Positions 1 to 13,800 of a DNA stretch of 64,000 nt are shown piece after piece. The notes below the pieces were generated by a model. It saw nothing but the letters and a program-made list of their open reading frames with translations, searched no databases and was not told where the DNA came from. Made by a program: the position numbers and the translations under genes. Where the stretch lies: assembly GCA_965113315.1 (NCBI GenBank), contig OZ220367.1. The stretch is one strand, 5' to 3'. The DNA comes from Podarcis vaucheri. Its lineage: Eukaryota. Every line of letters starts with the position of its first letter. The first letter of the stretch is position 1.

Positions 1-1417
1 ATATTGTATGATAAACAGGTAATTAAGCTATTCCCAACAGACAGGAAATTATGAATAAGGACATTCTAACAAGATCACTCTCCATATAATTCCTTTAGCA
101 ACAAAATAGCAAAATTCAGATGAAACATAAGCCCCTTTGTAATCGGTGGGATTTAAGGATGCAACCATGTACTCCAAGGAATTGCATTGCATTCTGGTCC
201 TGCCTAACCATCTCTGAACTTCGCTGCATAACATTAGACTACTTAAGTGGCATACGACAGCTGCACATACTTTCCAAATTGTGCTAAACACAGGATGTAG
301 AATTTATATGAGAAATTTCAGAAGTCTAGAGCAAAAATGACAACAATCCCATAGAGTTATTATTTTAATTCCAAAGGTTTTGCCCTTGTTGTACCTCTCC
401 TAAGGCTTCCTTAACCAGAATAGGTTATCCAGAGTGACAAGTCTTTGAAATCACAATATCTGTACACTATGATTATTTTCTTGTCAATTATTGGGTGTGG
501 GTTTTTGTTTCTTGTTTTGTTTTGTTTTTGTTTCAAGACTTGGCTTGCATGCTATTCTTTGACAGAGGGAAAAATTCATCTGTCAAGAAATCCCCACAAT
601 CCAGCAGTTTGGATGGTGCCCAAATAACAGATCTGACAAACCAAGAGAAGGTTCCAAAGCAGCTGCAATTGGACAAACTACTAATTATTGTTGAGCTTTT
701 CAAAGGATTATGACAGGAGAAAAGCCATTGCACAGAGCGCTGACTTTCCTTTCCTCTCTCTGCTGCTACTGGTGAATTTTTAATGCAGTTTTCCCTCTAA
801 AATGTACAATTCAGAATATCTGCCCCCCGAATCCGAACTAATTCTGTAATGTGTATAGATCAAATGAAACATTATCTAGGACCAGAATATTTTCAGTTGA
901 TTCTAAAAAAAAATGCAAATAGTCTTTTAAGAACTGATCTTGGTAAACGAGCTCTTGCAGTTTGTGTTTAAAATAAATAGATAATTCATGCTTCTTCCCT
1001 GTCAATTGGAGACAGCACCAATCAGTTGTATGGAGAACTGCTGGCCAAAGCTGATTGGGGCAAATGCTGCTTTTTAAAATGCAACTCTTCACACATATAG
1101 ATATGAATATATATAGCACTTCTGCTGAGAGTATAGTTCCCTTTTAACTAGCCTTTCAACCAAGGAGTTTAAGGCAGGGTGCAGGACTTAGGAAATACAG
1201 CCTGGTGTGTGTTTGTGTGTGTGTGTGTGTGTGTAGGAGATGATAAAGGTGGTCACTGCTGAGTAAATTAATTATTATTATTATTAATTGAATATATATA
1301 TTTATATAAATTTATATACCTTCCTATACCCGTAGGTCTCAGTTCCATGAGGAAAGGTTGAAAGAACAGGGTATGTTTACAGAAGGGGGGTGGGAGGGGA
1401 CATGATAGCACTCTTCC

Positions 1418-1550
1418 TCCTCGATAGCTCAGTTGGTTAGAGGGTGGTGCTGATAAAGCCAAGGTTGCAGGTTCAGTCCCCATATGGGGCAGCTGTATAT
1501 TCCTGCATTGCAGGGGGCTGGACTAAATGATCCTCGGTGTCCCTTCCAGA
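1418..1550 (+). mobile_element. tRNA-Ile-derived SINE with CR1-like 3' tail
   Basis: The head TAGCTCAGTTGGTTAGAG.GTGGTGCTGATAA.GCCAAGGTTGCAGGTTC resembles tRNA-Ile(AAT) with A/B boxes. It is followed by GGGGGCTGGACTAAATGATCC..GTCCCTTCCA, typical of a CR1 3' end. Confidence 0.75.
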
Positions 1551-1557
1551 TTAAATT

Positions 1558-1558
<1 letters not shown>

Positions 1559-1640
<82 letters not shown>
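1559..1640 (+). repeat. compound microsatellite (AAT)n(AAC)n
   Basis: Read directly from the sequence. Confidence 0.95.
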
Positions 1641-1641
<1 letters not shown>

Positions 1642-1824
1642 TTATTATTTATACCCCGCCCATCTGGCTGGGCTTCCCCAGCCACTCTGGGTGGCTCGTT
1701 GGGAAATTGGTTGGGAAGTATGGGCTGGCATTTTGATGACAGCAAAGTCATGCAGATGCCTTGCGCACCTGAAGAGCGATCGCCCCACATCTGGAAGCAC
1801 CCTTATGGTCACATGCCACAGTGG

Positions 1825-1995
1825 ACAGGACTAGAAGAGATGGGTTTAAGTTACAAGAAGGCATCATTTCAGTTGAACATTAGGTGAAATGTTTTGACAG
1901 TGTGAGCAGTTTGATAATGAAGCCAGTTCCCTGAGGAAGTGGTGGCTTCTCCTTTTCTGGAGATCTCCAAGCAGAGGCTGGTCATCTTCTGGGAT
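1825..1995 (+). mobile_element. CR1 LINE 3' fragment (degenerate)
   Basis: Degenerate translation matches the CR1 ORF2 C-terminus (F.LNIR.N.LTV...W..LP.EVV.SP.LE..KQRL). Confidence 0.7.
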
Positions 1996-4056
1996 TGTTC
2001 CTGCTCCAGATTTTTAACCGTTCGTATGAAAGAAATTGTTTTGAATCCTTTTTATTGTTGATTTTATTACTGTGAAATTGCTTTGAGATATTCTGTGGGA
2101 ATATCTAAGGAAGAGCCTTCGGATCTATGGGTTATTTCTTATGAAACTGTTTTCTGCACCAACTAGAATGACATTCTGCTGCACCTTTTCTTCTGTGTAC
2201 ACAGGGTCTGTATTTCCTGCAAGGGCAGCTATTAGATAATGTTTATTATTGGATAGGTGTCAAAGGGGGCATTTTACCCAGACAGGATTGGTTACCTTGC
2301 TAATAACATTTCAGTTCAGCTCTCTTCTCTGATGATAACGATGCAGCAATTTGGATTGTGTTAGGTTCCCGCCACCACCAACGCTAAACAGTCAATACAG
2401 AAAAAGTCAATACAAATTTGACACAAGGCGAATGAGTCAAATGGAATAGGCAAGCGGCCTAAATACATGCTTTCCGCTGCATCCCAAGCAGAGAAATTAA
2501 TGAAACTTGCAGAAAGCCGTTTCCAAGATTTATTCCTAAAGGCAAAGAATTATTTTCCCTATGATGCAGTGTTATATTGAAACTGCTCTCAAACTGCAAG
2601 GAAGGATTCCCTCATCTGCTCAGAGCCTAAATGCAGCCAAAACATGATGCAAATTAAGAACTGGATTCTTAATAGAATGGAAGTACTTGTAGAGATCCCT
2701 GGCCCAAATCCTAAATGAATTTTAATGGAGGAATTCTAAATTAAAATGCTGTGATGCAAGTGCATTCAAAGACTTCTGACTCCTAGATATGGAAGGGGCA
2801 GAAATCGGCAGAAATCAGTAGTCTTTGAACAGGCCTGCACAATATTTTAATTTAGAATTCTTAAAAAATATGGACCAGGGATCGCCTCAATTGCTTTCTG
2901 CTTATGAAGCACCCAGTTATCTTAAGACATTTGTGATGTATAAAAATCATATGTTTATAAAGAAATAAACCTTTCATAGAGCCATTTTAAAAAATTATAT
3001 GTGTATACACCTCAATTTCTGTAATGGCCTAAAATAGAGCTTTGGAGCCTGAAGCAGTCTCACCTCTGTGTTCAAGTATAGATATCATAAAATTTGATGG
3101 CTTGGGTAGCAATTAATTTTGAGTTCATTCTCTGCTTCACTGAGGTATACAGAAGCAGACCTGATGTGAACTTAGTGCCTTTCGACTGAGCTAGGAATTA
3201 GCCGCCAAAGGGCTCTGCGACTGTAATGAATGTTTGGCACTAACAGCCTGTAACGGAAGTAAGAGCAAGGTCCACAGATGAACAATGGAAAGTCACTAAA
3301 CAGAATATGCACTCCTTTGATATGTGCACTTCTGCTAATTCAGGAACTGTAATTGGCTTTTGCAGATCAATGCTCTGTTTGCTATAAATTGTAAACACTT
3401 CAAGGAGGACATGGTTCTCTAGCAGAAGAACAATAATATCAGTGCATTCTGTAGTGCTAAACATGCTTAATATTTTTTTCCCTGAAAACAAAATTATATA
3501 ATAGACCTTAGGTGACAGTCCACAGCAATCCCCTCCCCAGGTTTGCCACCTAATATGCAGACTGTGAAGCTGGGGAGCTATTTTAGTGTTTTATGGGGGG
3601 AGGGTGAAAGGATGAACAGGGGTGAAGATTGCTCCAGCATCATTCACTCTCTCCACTAATGCTGAACTCTGTTCCCCCTCCCACCCCAACTGTCTTTCAT
3701 TCATCACCAGACTGAAAATGTCCCTCCCTTCTTCTTCCCCCACTCCACTGGGTTCCATCCTAACACCGAATGCAAGGGAGAGTAGTGGTGGAAAGCATTT
3801 ATTCCCACTCATGTCCTCACTCTGACTTGGCATCAGGACAAACACCATCGGAAGTGAGGGTTAGAAGAAATGCTTCTTGTCTATTGAGGAAGGAATCTAA
3901 AGAAGAACATATGACAGGCAGCAGCGGCAGTGAGAACTGAACACGCAGTGGCAGCAGTGAAAAATGTGAATGGTGAAAACATCCTCCCCAGTGAACATCC
4001 TCCCCTTCCACTCTCATTCAGGCAAAAATAATTCATTTAAGAACTTGTACTTCAGG

Positions 4057-4107
4057 AAGAAGAAGAAGAAGAAGAAGAAGAAGAAGAAGAAGAAGAAGAA
4101 GAAGAAG
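4057..4107 (+). repeat. (AAG)n microsatellite
   Basis: Read directly from the sequence. Confidence 0.95.
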
Positions 4108-4139
4108 ACGACCTTGGCTCACTTCATGGAGTCAAGAAA

Positions 4140-4570
4140 GCTGTTTCTGAACATGTTGTAGAGGGAACAATGGGGCAGATGGGGCTTGTCAACCTGGGAA
4201 GGTAGCCCATCTAGGAGAACTCTGGTCCTAAATCTCTCCTGCCTTGCAAAATATATTTGGGAGAAGAAAAGCTAAGTAAGCCCTCCATAAAGTGGAGTCC
4301 CTAATATGGTTGGATGGCATTTTGTATGTCTCCTTCCAGCAACTCCTGCAGCCAAGTCAGTGCCCAACATATTGCCCTGCTTTTCTTTTGACCATATTAC
4401 TGAGCCAGGGGGGAGGTCTTGTCGTCTGGGCAGCCCAGGACCCCCATACACACTGCCCTGGGGAGTTCACTTCAGTGCTGCTAATGCAGTGGTTTGACTT
4501 CACCCCTAGAGGTGCACTCCATTGTTTCTTGAGACAGAAAGATGCTAACAACAAAGCTGTGGAAACAAAG
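4140..4570 (+). mobile_element. possible RTE-clade LINE 5'/UTR-derived fragment
   Basis: The motif GGGAAGGTAGCCCATCTAGGAGAA resembles RTE-family leaders. Recalled similarity only; boundaries approximate. Confidence 0.3.
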
Positions 4571-4738
4571 CCCTACCTGCTTCAAAAGTTGTATCTAACC
4601 ATCTGGGTCTGGATGAACAATGTGTGTGTGATTTGAATCAAGATGAGCTTCTCCATCCATGTCAGCAACATGTCTGGAGCCTTTCATCCATACACAGATC
4701 TCTCTTGCTAGACTGTGGCATCTGTGGATAATATTATA

Positions 4739-4970
4739 TAGGTAGCTCTCAGTTTAAGAGGGGATTACATTTCAGGGATAGCGTGTAAAACCAAAATAAA
4801 GTATAATCAAAACACATTGCGTTCAGTAGCTGGTGGGACTGCCAGATTCTATTTTCCTGGATACCCACCACCTTTTTGCTCCCTTTTAATTGTTATTGTT
4901 CTTTTTATTTTTGCCAGTTGTGTATAGCTTAATGCACACAAGTTAAATGAGCTTAAGTTGTGAGTTACCT
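4739..4970. mobile_element. degenerate Tc1/mariner-type MITE
   Basis: Imperfect terminal inverted repeats (TIRs) TAGGTAGCTC...GAGTTACCTG flanked by TA. Confidence 0.45.
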
Positions 4971-7900
4971 GTAGTTAAAACACTTGGTGGCACTTATTTG
5001 TATCTGGGTTAAGGTGGCCAAGTTTCACCTGCTAAAACGCCAGCAACTTGTCCGTTTTTGGATCTTGTCATCCTAAATCTTGGTAGAGATGAGAGTTTGA
5101 TGTTGCTGCTCTGATCTTCTCTTAACAGGCACAATAAAGTTCTTTTCTAGCTTCCTGACCAGTATGTTCTCCAAAATTTCCATGACAAGATGAGACTGTA
5201 TATTTGTATAAAATTACACAATCACTCTCCTCATACTCAAAGTATAATTAGATGCTCTTAGCGTCCGTTTGCCCACCTACTCATGAAAGATTGCAAACTT
5301 ATACTTCCTTTCTTTTTCTTTTTCTTTTTCTAAATACCCAGCACAATTAAGCGTCTGTGTAACTAATGAGTTGTTTAGTGTAGACTCGTTTACAACAAAT
5401 TCCAGAAAGTAAGTGTTTGATATGCTAATGCATCTGTTAATGGAAGACATCTATACAAAAGTTATTTGCTTGATGACAGAGAATATTTAAGCAACCTATT
5501 GTGGTACTAAGAACATCTGTTAAGGAAAGCATTTATTAAAGGCATGCAATGCTTTTGTACTGCTAAATACAAAAAGAAAAAGCTACCAGAGAGTCTTTTT
5601 TATTAATTACTACCCACAAAATGGATTCTCTCTAATCTCCCATAACATCATTTTGATAAACCTGTCAATGAAAGTTGAAAGTGTCAAGAATGCATTTTCA
5701 GAAGCAGGCAGCACCTGTAATCATGTGAAGGTTCCAAACAACCATAATTTATCCGCTGCCCTTTGTATAGCTATTTCTGCAACCGGCATGGTGAGAAAAG
5801 TGTCGAGATGCCTCCTAAAACACAGGGCCTAAACCACATGGTGATGCGCAATGGGGTTCATTAACATTTCATTTCAAGATAGTATGGTGTACATACATAC
5901 AAAGCACATGCAGCTGGATCAGGTCAAAGAGCAAGTTGACTGGAGTAGCAGCTAGCAAATATATTCTGCTATTTAAGTCAAAGGCAAACCATGGGAAAGA
6001 AGACAGATCCTCATCTAAATAAGCATAACAAATTAATTTTCTGATTAGGATTAGGATAATGTACTATGCAAGTGTCCTGGAAAAACTGGGACATCCCATT
6101 TCCCCCCGTAAGAGCATATAGGCCATTTTGGATGCTATGATCTTGCAAAATTTTGTGTCAAGATCTCATCCTCCCCAAAAAACTTCTTTTGGGATTCCAT
6201 GATCTCATGTAGGTCACTTGACTTGTGCAGGAGCATGGCCGGGAAAACATGTGCCTCAGTATGAAAATTGAACATGTTGAAGGGTATGGGATAACAACTC
6301 AGGTGCCTGATGAGATAAAACCACATCCCTTGGTCTTTAATGCATTGGGTGGTGTTAGCTGATTGATGGATGGATGTGGTTTTTTGAAGGGGAAAGGGTC
6401 TTGTAGGCCAAACTGTAATTCCTGGTGAGTCAAGATTGGCCCATGGGCCAAGAGCTTCCCCACCCCCGATTTGATCCGTGAATCCTTATGTCACAATAAG
6501 GTTTTAGTCCTATACTCACTTACCTGGAATTAAGTCCAATCGAAGTAAATATGACGTCTGTGTGTGCATAATCTTTTAGGGACCACAAGTCTCTTTCTTG
6601 TTTTTGCTGCTACATACTTAAAATGGCTACCGCTGACTACCTCTATCGAAGCAGAAATGGATGGGTGATCCATCCTGTGGACTTTGTCCAAAAAGATGAC
6701 TCTTTCTTGGGAATGGAGGAAATACTAATTTATTGATATGTAGGACAGAAAGTCTTTGTAGCAATATTAGACAGCTACAGAAGACCTGCAGCCTTCACAT
6801 GTCAAGAGGAAAATTGATACTCAGAGAGAGAATTGGCAGACTTACAGATCTTCTTCACTATTAATATTTTAAGTCACCATATGGGTGAGTTCCTTGTTTC
6901 CAAGATTTCAAATGAAATAATAAGCAATCTTTCAGAATATGAAATGCCTGTCATTAGGAACGAGGAATAGAGTTTGAGCAGCAAATTTTGTTTTGTCTTT
7001 GCAATGTTTTTAGGTGCCTTTATCCACTCTGTAGTCCAGTGGATAAAATAAGAGTTAAAAACTATCATCATCATCATGTGTTTCTGCAAGAGTGAGACAC
7101 TGCTAATCCTAAAGGGGGAAAATAAATCCTATGATTAGGAAAAATGGTTTCCACAAGGGCTAAAGAATATGATGTGTGGCCTAGAAGCTTGACATCTGTT
7201 ACAAACTGAAATGCTTTCTTTTTTTAAAAAAATAATAATAATCATGTAGTTTGTTGCTATTTCACATTTGGGCAATCTATACTGACAGTATGCAGTATAC
7301 TTCTCACTAACTGCGCAGATTTTCTTTACAAAATTACAATATATGCATTATCCTGTCTGCATTCAATTTGCTTGTACTGCATTCATTAATCCTGTACTAA
7401 GTCAGAAAAGTGTCAGAAATAAATAATAATAATAGTACTGTGGCCATCATATTTAGCTATTCTGAGCCAAAGGGAGCCTGCTACATAAGAAAATAAATCA
7501 TGGATAAGAGCAATTGTGTAACATTAATAATGGTTATTTACCTAAAATAAATATATGCATTCTGTAAATGATTAATTCAGTCTCTGTCCACTTGTGATGC
7601 TACATGAGAACAAAGTGCTTTTCTGAGAGGAATTTGGAATATAGAGCTTTTGAAGAACTGCAGTAAGAGAGTCTGTTTAATAAGTCAAGGCACAAATGCA
7701 TTGTGCAGCTCTGATTATTTAAGTGGTTTTAAGTAGATTCGGGTTTTTCCACATAATTATGCCCAATGGCAGAACAGTAACATCAGTAGCAATGAAAAGC
7801 ATATGTGAAACCAATTTTGTGTAAGGTAGAAATGCCCATGGATTATACATGCCACTGATTGGAATGATTGTTTCATTCAGCTGTTCTATGAAACATTCTA

Positions 7901-9605
7901 AAGAATTAAATGGCGATTCATGTTTCATTTCCCATTGTGCTCTGTATTTATTGAATGCAGCAGTGTTTCTGTTCAGCTGCAGTTCTATTTGTTTTGCTAT
8001 CCACTGTAGAGAAACCATGTAACGTATGTAATGTATGTGATCAATTACGTACATTTCTTAAATTACGGAAATTACATTGTCATTCCATTATTCCATGCAT
8101 TGCAATACAAATGGGAGTGATGTGGATAATAGGTATCATTTTTGAAGTGACAACAACAACAGCAGTAGCAAATAATCAATTGTATTTGCTGGATTGATTT
8201 CAATTCTGGACATGGGATGAACAAGCAAACAGTAGCTATATCCAATCCCGTAGCTGTTTTGTTGAGATTCTCCAATATCCCTATTAAAGCCACACCAACA
8301 ATTAATTCCTAAACAAGTACATCAATCATTTCATTACCTTATTTTATCAGATGAGAGACATAGCATCAACATGTGAACATTTTATTAGAGCCGCATGCAA
8401 AACAAGACACCTCACAGTTTTCCAACCTGTTTAAGGACAGAAAGATTGGAGGATTGCCATTTGCACATTTCAGTTTTCGGAGAGAGGGGATGAGGAGCCA
8501 GATGCACAGAGTACAGTTGGATTGGATGTATTCAAGATCAAACTTCAAAACAGCAGTGCCTTTCAAGCATTGCTGTTAAAGCAATGCTTCTTGTTTCACT
8601 GTTCAGCATGTTATTGAATGTAATCATGTGTCCGATATTGAAATTTGACTATTAGGGAGGGGAAGGAATCCCTATTTAGACTAAGACAGTGACTTATTTA
8701 TCCTGGTTCACCTGTTCTGTGCATCCAGAGAAAGATTCTGGGGTCAAGTTGATATCTTTGATCAGAAGCAGAAAAAAGGTACTGTTAAGGGGGGTGGGAA
8801 GAACATTTAAACTCATTTTTTCCTTACATCTCTCCATGAGGAAAAACTCACTGTGGCCATAGGAATCTCTAATGGACCATTCTCTGTGCCCTCACTGAAC
8901 TAAAATTCCCAGGATATTTAAAAGCCAGACTGATTCAGATTCATAGTGTCGACATGCCTCTAGATTCTAGATAGTGGAACAGAACATTTTTAATTCAAAT
9001 GTGCATTCTGATGTACGTGGCTTTTTCGTCCACTGTATAAATCTTGAAAATTCCCAATGTCAGTTGTAATGCTACTTTAGAAGATCGAAATGCTCTTAGT
9101 CTTTTGCTTCAGTTATATTAGTGGCTGCAGTTTGCCGTCTTAATTGCAATGAAGTATTAATACGTATTGGATTTAATTCATGAGTGGCAAAGCTTTTCTA
9201 CATTAGATGTTTAAGTCAATCACACCAATATCCGGCAATGTAGCTCTTAGTTCTGAACAATGTTATGTCACTTTCCTTGTTTTAAAGAATGATACCATCA
9301 CAATTTCTGCTATAGTCACAGAAGGAACAGAATAGAACACCAGCTGCCACAGTGCAAGTAGGAATGAGGAATGCCCTCACTTGTTATCACCGTTCGACAT
9401 CAGTTGCCAGCAGTTTGGGAAGTTGTATGCAATTGAACAATGAAGGGCGTGAAGTACTTGAACAAGTAAAAAAAAAAAAAAAAAAAGAGGACACAATAGT
9501 GATACAAAGTGATGAAATTGAATTCTTCTGCCTCTAAGGAAAGTCTTCATCAAAATGTGTTGGGCATGACACACACACACACATGCTGAGAGAGAGGTAG
9601 TTGCA

Positions 9606-10120
9606 TGTCATCCCAATCTCCAAGCAGGGTCAGATTCCAGGTGATCCAGGCACTTACCCAGGATTTGTGTTTCCTTGTTATGAGGGGCAGCGGAGACTAT
9701 GGTGTCTCTAGGATATATGGTTTATATACACATATATATAACCTGAGCCTACAATGGAGCAGCTCACAGCATCAGCACTCCAAGAGCATCTTGCTTCTCC
9801 CATAGCTTTGGATTCCAGCAGAAAACTGGCACAGTTCTGTCTCCCAGCTGCCCAGCCTTCAGGCTTGCTTCTAAACTCACAAACTCAACTCTCAGCTCTG
9901 GCCTTTGTCTTTCTAACTATCAGTGGGTTGAGGGAAAGGGGGCCACCCACTTGGCATCTGGCACACAGCCACTTTCTTTGTTACCATAATGGCCCATACT
10001 TAGAGGGACATTACCTCACCAGCATGCTAGCCTGGCTATTCCAGGAATTGAATCTGTCTTGGATCCAGGAATTGGAAAGGTCTCAGGCATACAGGATACC
10101 CCTCCCCTCAATTCATGACA
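9606..10120 (-). mobile_element. solo-LTR-like repeat, copy 1
   Basis: TGTCAT...ATGACA termini. The reverse complement shares blocks with 10640-11109: GGAATAGCCAGGCT, CTAAGTATGGG, GGTAACAAA, TGTGCCAGA, GGGTGGCCC, TTCCCTCAAC and GAAAGACAAA. Confidence 0.6.
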
Positions 10121-10639
10121 CTATACACACACTCCTTTCTGAGGGAAGGAAAGAGCAATTTAATATCTCTCTCTCTCTCATATTTTTATATCCTGTCTAT
10201 TATCCAATCTGGAGCACAGAGTAGTGAACAGCAACAATAATAAATAAACCACATAACTTTAAAATATAACTAAAACCACAAAATAAGTGAACATTTCCAT
10301 AAGAGGTCCTTCAAAGTGGTCAGAAAAGAAGTATTGTCCTCTCACATGAACAAATTCTCAGTGTGCAGCACTTTAAGGACTGGGCTGGTGAAACAAGGAT
10401 TTTTTCTTCTTGATTGTAACACACTGGAGAGGGAATGATAATGCAATCTCATTGCCAATTCAGAAAATAGTTCCAAGTCATTCACTGTGCAGATTTGTAA
10501 TAGCTCCAATCTTCCAAATTCTGATTCGTCATTTTAACTTTCTGTACAGTTTGCATGTACCATGGTCTATTAATCAAAAGTATATTGTATTGCAAAGGAA
10601 TGACAACAACAGCAACAATAGCAGCAGCAACCATGATAT

Positions 10640-11109
10640 TGTTATGAGTTTGGGGTGGGTGGGAAGAGAGGCTGTAGGTTCCCATTCAAATTCTTGGAAT
10701 AGCCAGGCTGGTAATGGGCCACTAAGTATGGGTTGTTAAGGTAACAAAAGGAGTGGCTTTGTGCCAGAGGGCAAATGGGTGGCCCTCTTCCCTCAACTGT
10801 CTGTTAGTTGGAAAGACAAAAATAAAAGGCCAGAGTTGAGAGTGACATTAAGGGAGATGGAAGAGAGAAGAAAAGAATCAGGCTGGGCGGCTAGGAGACA
10901 GAGCCATGCCTGATCTCTGATGTGATCCAGGGCTTTGGCTATGGGAGAAGCAAAACCTTCTTAGAGTGTTAATGCTGTGAACTCCTTCATCAGGTTGTGT
11001 GTGTGTGTGCCTTCATATTCTTATATAACAGTATATTTCTTTGCATTTGTAATAGTGCAGAAATAGCAAGCGCTGAAGCACAGCAGGAGTTTAAGGGGGT
11101 TCTGTAACA
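10640..11109 (+). mobile_element. solo-LTR-like repeat, copy 2
   Basis: TGTTA...TAACA termini, internal AATAAA, near-TSD (target-site duplication) ATAT/AAAT, and homology to 9606-10120 in inverted orientation. Confidence 0.6.
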
Positions 11110-11399
11110 AAATTCCTATTCTAATTATGATTATTTTGATAAGACGTTATCAGAGTGAATGTTTGGAGAGCTTGATGGGACTTGATATGTGTTAATTTTC
11201 TCTTTGAAAAGCTACAACTGCTCAGGCGTAACATTTACAGCACAAGATGTGAATGAGCAAAAACAGTCAATAAATGATGTGAAGTTATATTTACACCTAG
11301 GAGGGACAGTCAGTACCACTTCCCTAAGGGCACCCTCCTCTCCCAAGGTGAGGCGGGGTGGTTGGTTGTGTGGAAAGGGGAATGTTAGGACCACAGCAG

Positions 11400-13800
11400 A
11401 GTGCAAGGGTAAATTAAGTCTTCCAGTGCTCCTTTTAAATATTTGAACCCCTGCTAGATGTTTTTCAAAACTTCAACAAGGACATTCAAGGGCCGCACAT
11501 CAGACCACCCTGACTTAGGGTCTAGCTGGCAGTACATTAAGCCAACCTCATTTTCTGAACTTAAGAAAGTTGCCAGTAAACTGGATGATCTTTCTGCACA
11601 GAGAGACACAACAGCAGCAGCGTGGTGGGCCAAAATTCCAATGCAAGAACACTTTAAAAGGAAAATCTTACATATTCCCAGCAAGTCACTAATGTGGCAT
11701 CAACTGTGAGAACATGAGGCTCTTAGGCATAGAATGTTGTTGCATCTGTCAGTGGAGTGCCCCCTCTGGGGGTGAGGTTCAACCACTAGGCTAGCAGCAC
11801 CAAAGTGACCTCATTGGGGAGCAAGCCTGGGAAGTTTATATGGAGATACTGAGCTGCACAGACTACAAGCCATTTCCCCCAGCCTTGTTGACGTGGTCCA
11901 AAGGAAAGCAGAGCAATATGTTTGGACCAGCTTGGTGTAGGACTTGCCAGAAGGAGGTGCCATTCCAGCCATATATATGAGATCAATGTTTTGCAGATTT
12001 TCCCCATTTGACGACTCACTTTCCCATGCTGAAGTGACTGCTGGGTTCATATTCTATGATACAACACCAGGTCACATAGGCCTGACCTGTTGGACTGCCT
12101 TAACAAATCTCTGTGTGCGCCAAGGATGTGCTGCAGAACACACTCAACATTCACCCCTCACTACACACTGCAGGCCTACCATCTGTCTTTTAGATCAGGA
12201 AAGCATGTCTTTCATCACTGATCTTCTCACTGAAGAGTCTCTTGTCAGATTCAGAGGAACTCAAGATTTCTCCCACAATAAACTCTGAAACCTACTTTAA
12301 CACACACCTATGGAAAATGCAAAAGTTTATTCTAGACTGAGTGCATCCCTCTTATATGGGGCTTCTGTGTGACATGAGAGCAGCAAGTCTTGGAGAGCGA
12401 GGTGGGGGGGGAATGCTTCCTCTTAAAAAATTCTTATGTATCTGCTCACTTCCTGAAGTGCTTAATTCCTCTTTAAGTGCACTCTTCCAGGATCCCTCCG
12501 AAGTCTGAAGAACTCTTATTACTATCACTCTAGAAATTTATAGTCTGCTGCTTTGATTCTTTTTCATTTACCTCACCTATGCAGGCAAGAACTACATAGC
12601 CTTAATCCAATTTGTTGACTGTAGACACTCCCCCCCTCCAAAATTTTTAATAATGAGAGCATCACAGTTTGGGGCTTATGAGGAGATTTTATTTCAGAAT
12701 TATTCTACTTAAACCCCTTCTTCGTCTGAATTATGAGTCAGTCCCCAACTCCATCCCTGGCAGTGAGTTAACTGTGAAGCATTGGACCTTTAAATTAATT
12801 CCTGGAGGTCATCTTTGACAAAGTGGAAACCCCCCACATGCCCCAGCAGGAACAATGAGCTTTCACTAGACTCTCACATAGGTACTTTATTTTCAGTTTT
12901 ACAGCACAGGAACCAGCCACAGTTAGTGCAAGAGTTTCCGATGCCAAGTCCATTGCAGCAAGACAGGCTTTCTGCAAGTGGTATGTATCTAGTAGCCACT
13001 CTTTCAACATGGTGCCTCAGCAATGTGTCAATCAAGCACGTCCTCTGGGAGCAGTGAAGCCACATCACAGCAGGAGTGTAGGCTAAACACAGCCACAACT
13101 TCATGTGTCACACTGTGTCAATGTTTTAGTATGGCACAGTTCAAGGATCCAATGATGGGGAAGCCCATCTGTTTTCTGATGCCCTGCTCCAGTCCACATG
13201 TTAGGCAACCAGGAGTGGATCCCGGCCCCTTCTGTGGGTCCAGCCTGAAGCCTAGGATCATAGTGACTGGTCCTGCCCCCCGCCCAAAGCTAGGGCTGAA
13301 GCCTTCAACTGCCACCACTCCTATGAGAGTCCCCTCACAAGCCATGGATCTTGTCCAACCAAGATGTTGTGTCTGTTCTAAAACCTAACTTGAATCAAGC
13401 CTGAACTCTTGCTACTGGGAAGCCCACCCCCTGGGAGACTGCCAAGCCCACTGATTGGCTCTTAGGACACAAGCTAGATCAAGCACTGGCATGACAATGA
13501 TGCCCATTGGATGGATCAGATTGCTCCTCCTGAGTGCCACACCCGGAGCACAACATAAGACTTGCCATGAAATGGTGGTGAGCCAGTTGCAACAAAAGTG
13601 ATAGAAATATCACATTTTCTCATTGGTTGTTCAAAAATGTGTGCTGTTAAGTGCTGTGCCAAAAACTCCTCCCATCTTAAATGTTTACTTTCCCTATGAA
13701 AGGGGCTTCCATTTTTTTCCCCTGTTTCTTTTTCAGGGTACTTAAGAATTTCTTTATAATGTTGGTGGGTGGATGTTTTTAACACATACTTTATCATTGT
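11400..13800 (-). mobile_element. probable highly decayed DIRS1-like tyrosine-recombinase retroelement
   Basis: Minus-strand fragments occur in the expected order. Gag-like: LAAMDLASETLALTVA (~12950). RNaseH-like: VSRQMGKICKTL..WLEWHLL..GWGKWL (~12020-11870). YR C-terminus-like: GILAHHAAAVVSLCAERSSS..ATF.S..Y.QLD (~11640-11510), compare DIRS1 GIxAHSTRAxxxSWAER..ATWxS..HYxLD. Confidence 0.4.

Noticed and set aside
1418-1490. Functional tRNA-Ile gene
   Set aside because: The acceptor and T stems are degenerate, and it continues into a CR1-like tail, so it is a SINE head.
1484-1834. Poly-Ile/Thr and poly-Leu ORFs (likewise the poly-Lys ORF at 3970-4161)
   Set aside because: Translations of trinucleotide microsatellites.
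7700-8600. Possible conserved enhancer or exon in repeat-free AT-rich DNA
   Set aside because: It has no coherent splice pair or recognisable peptide, and conservation cannot be judged without alignments.
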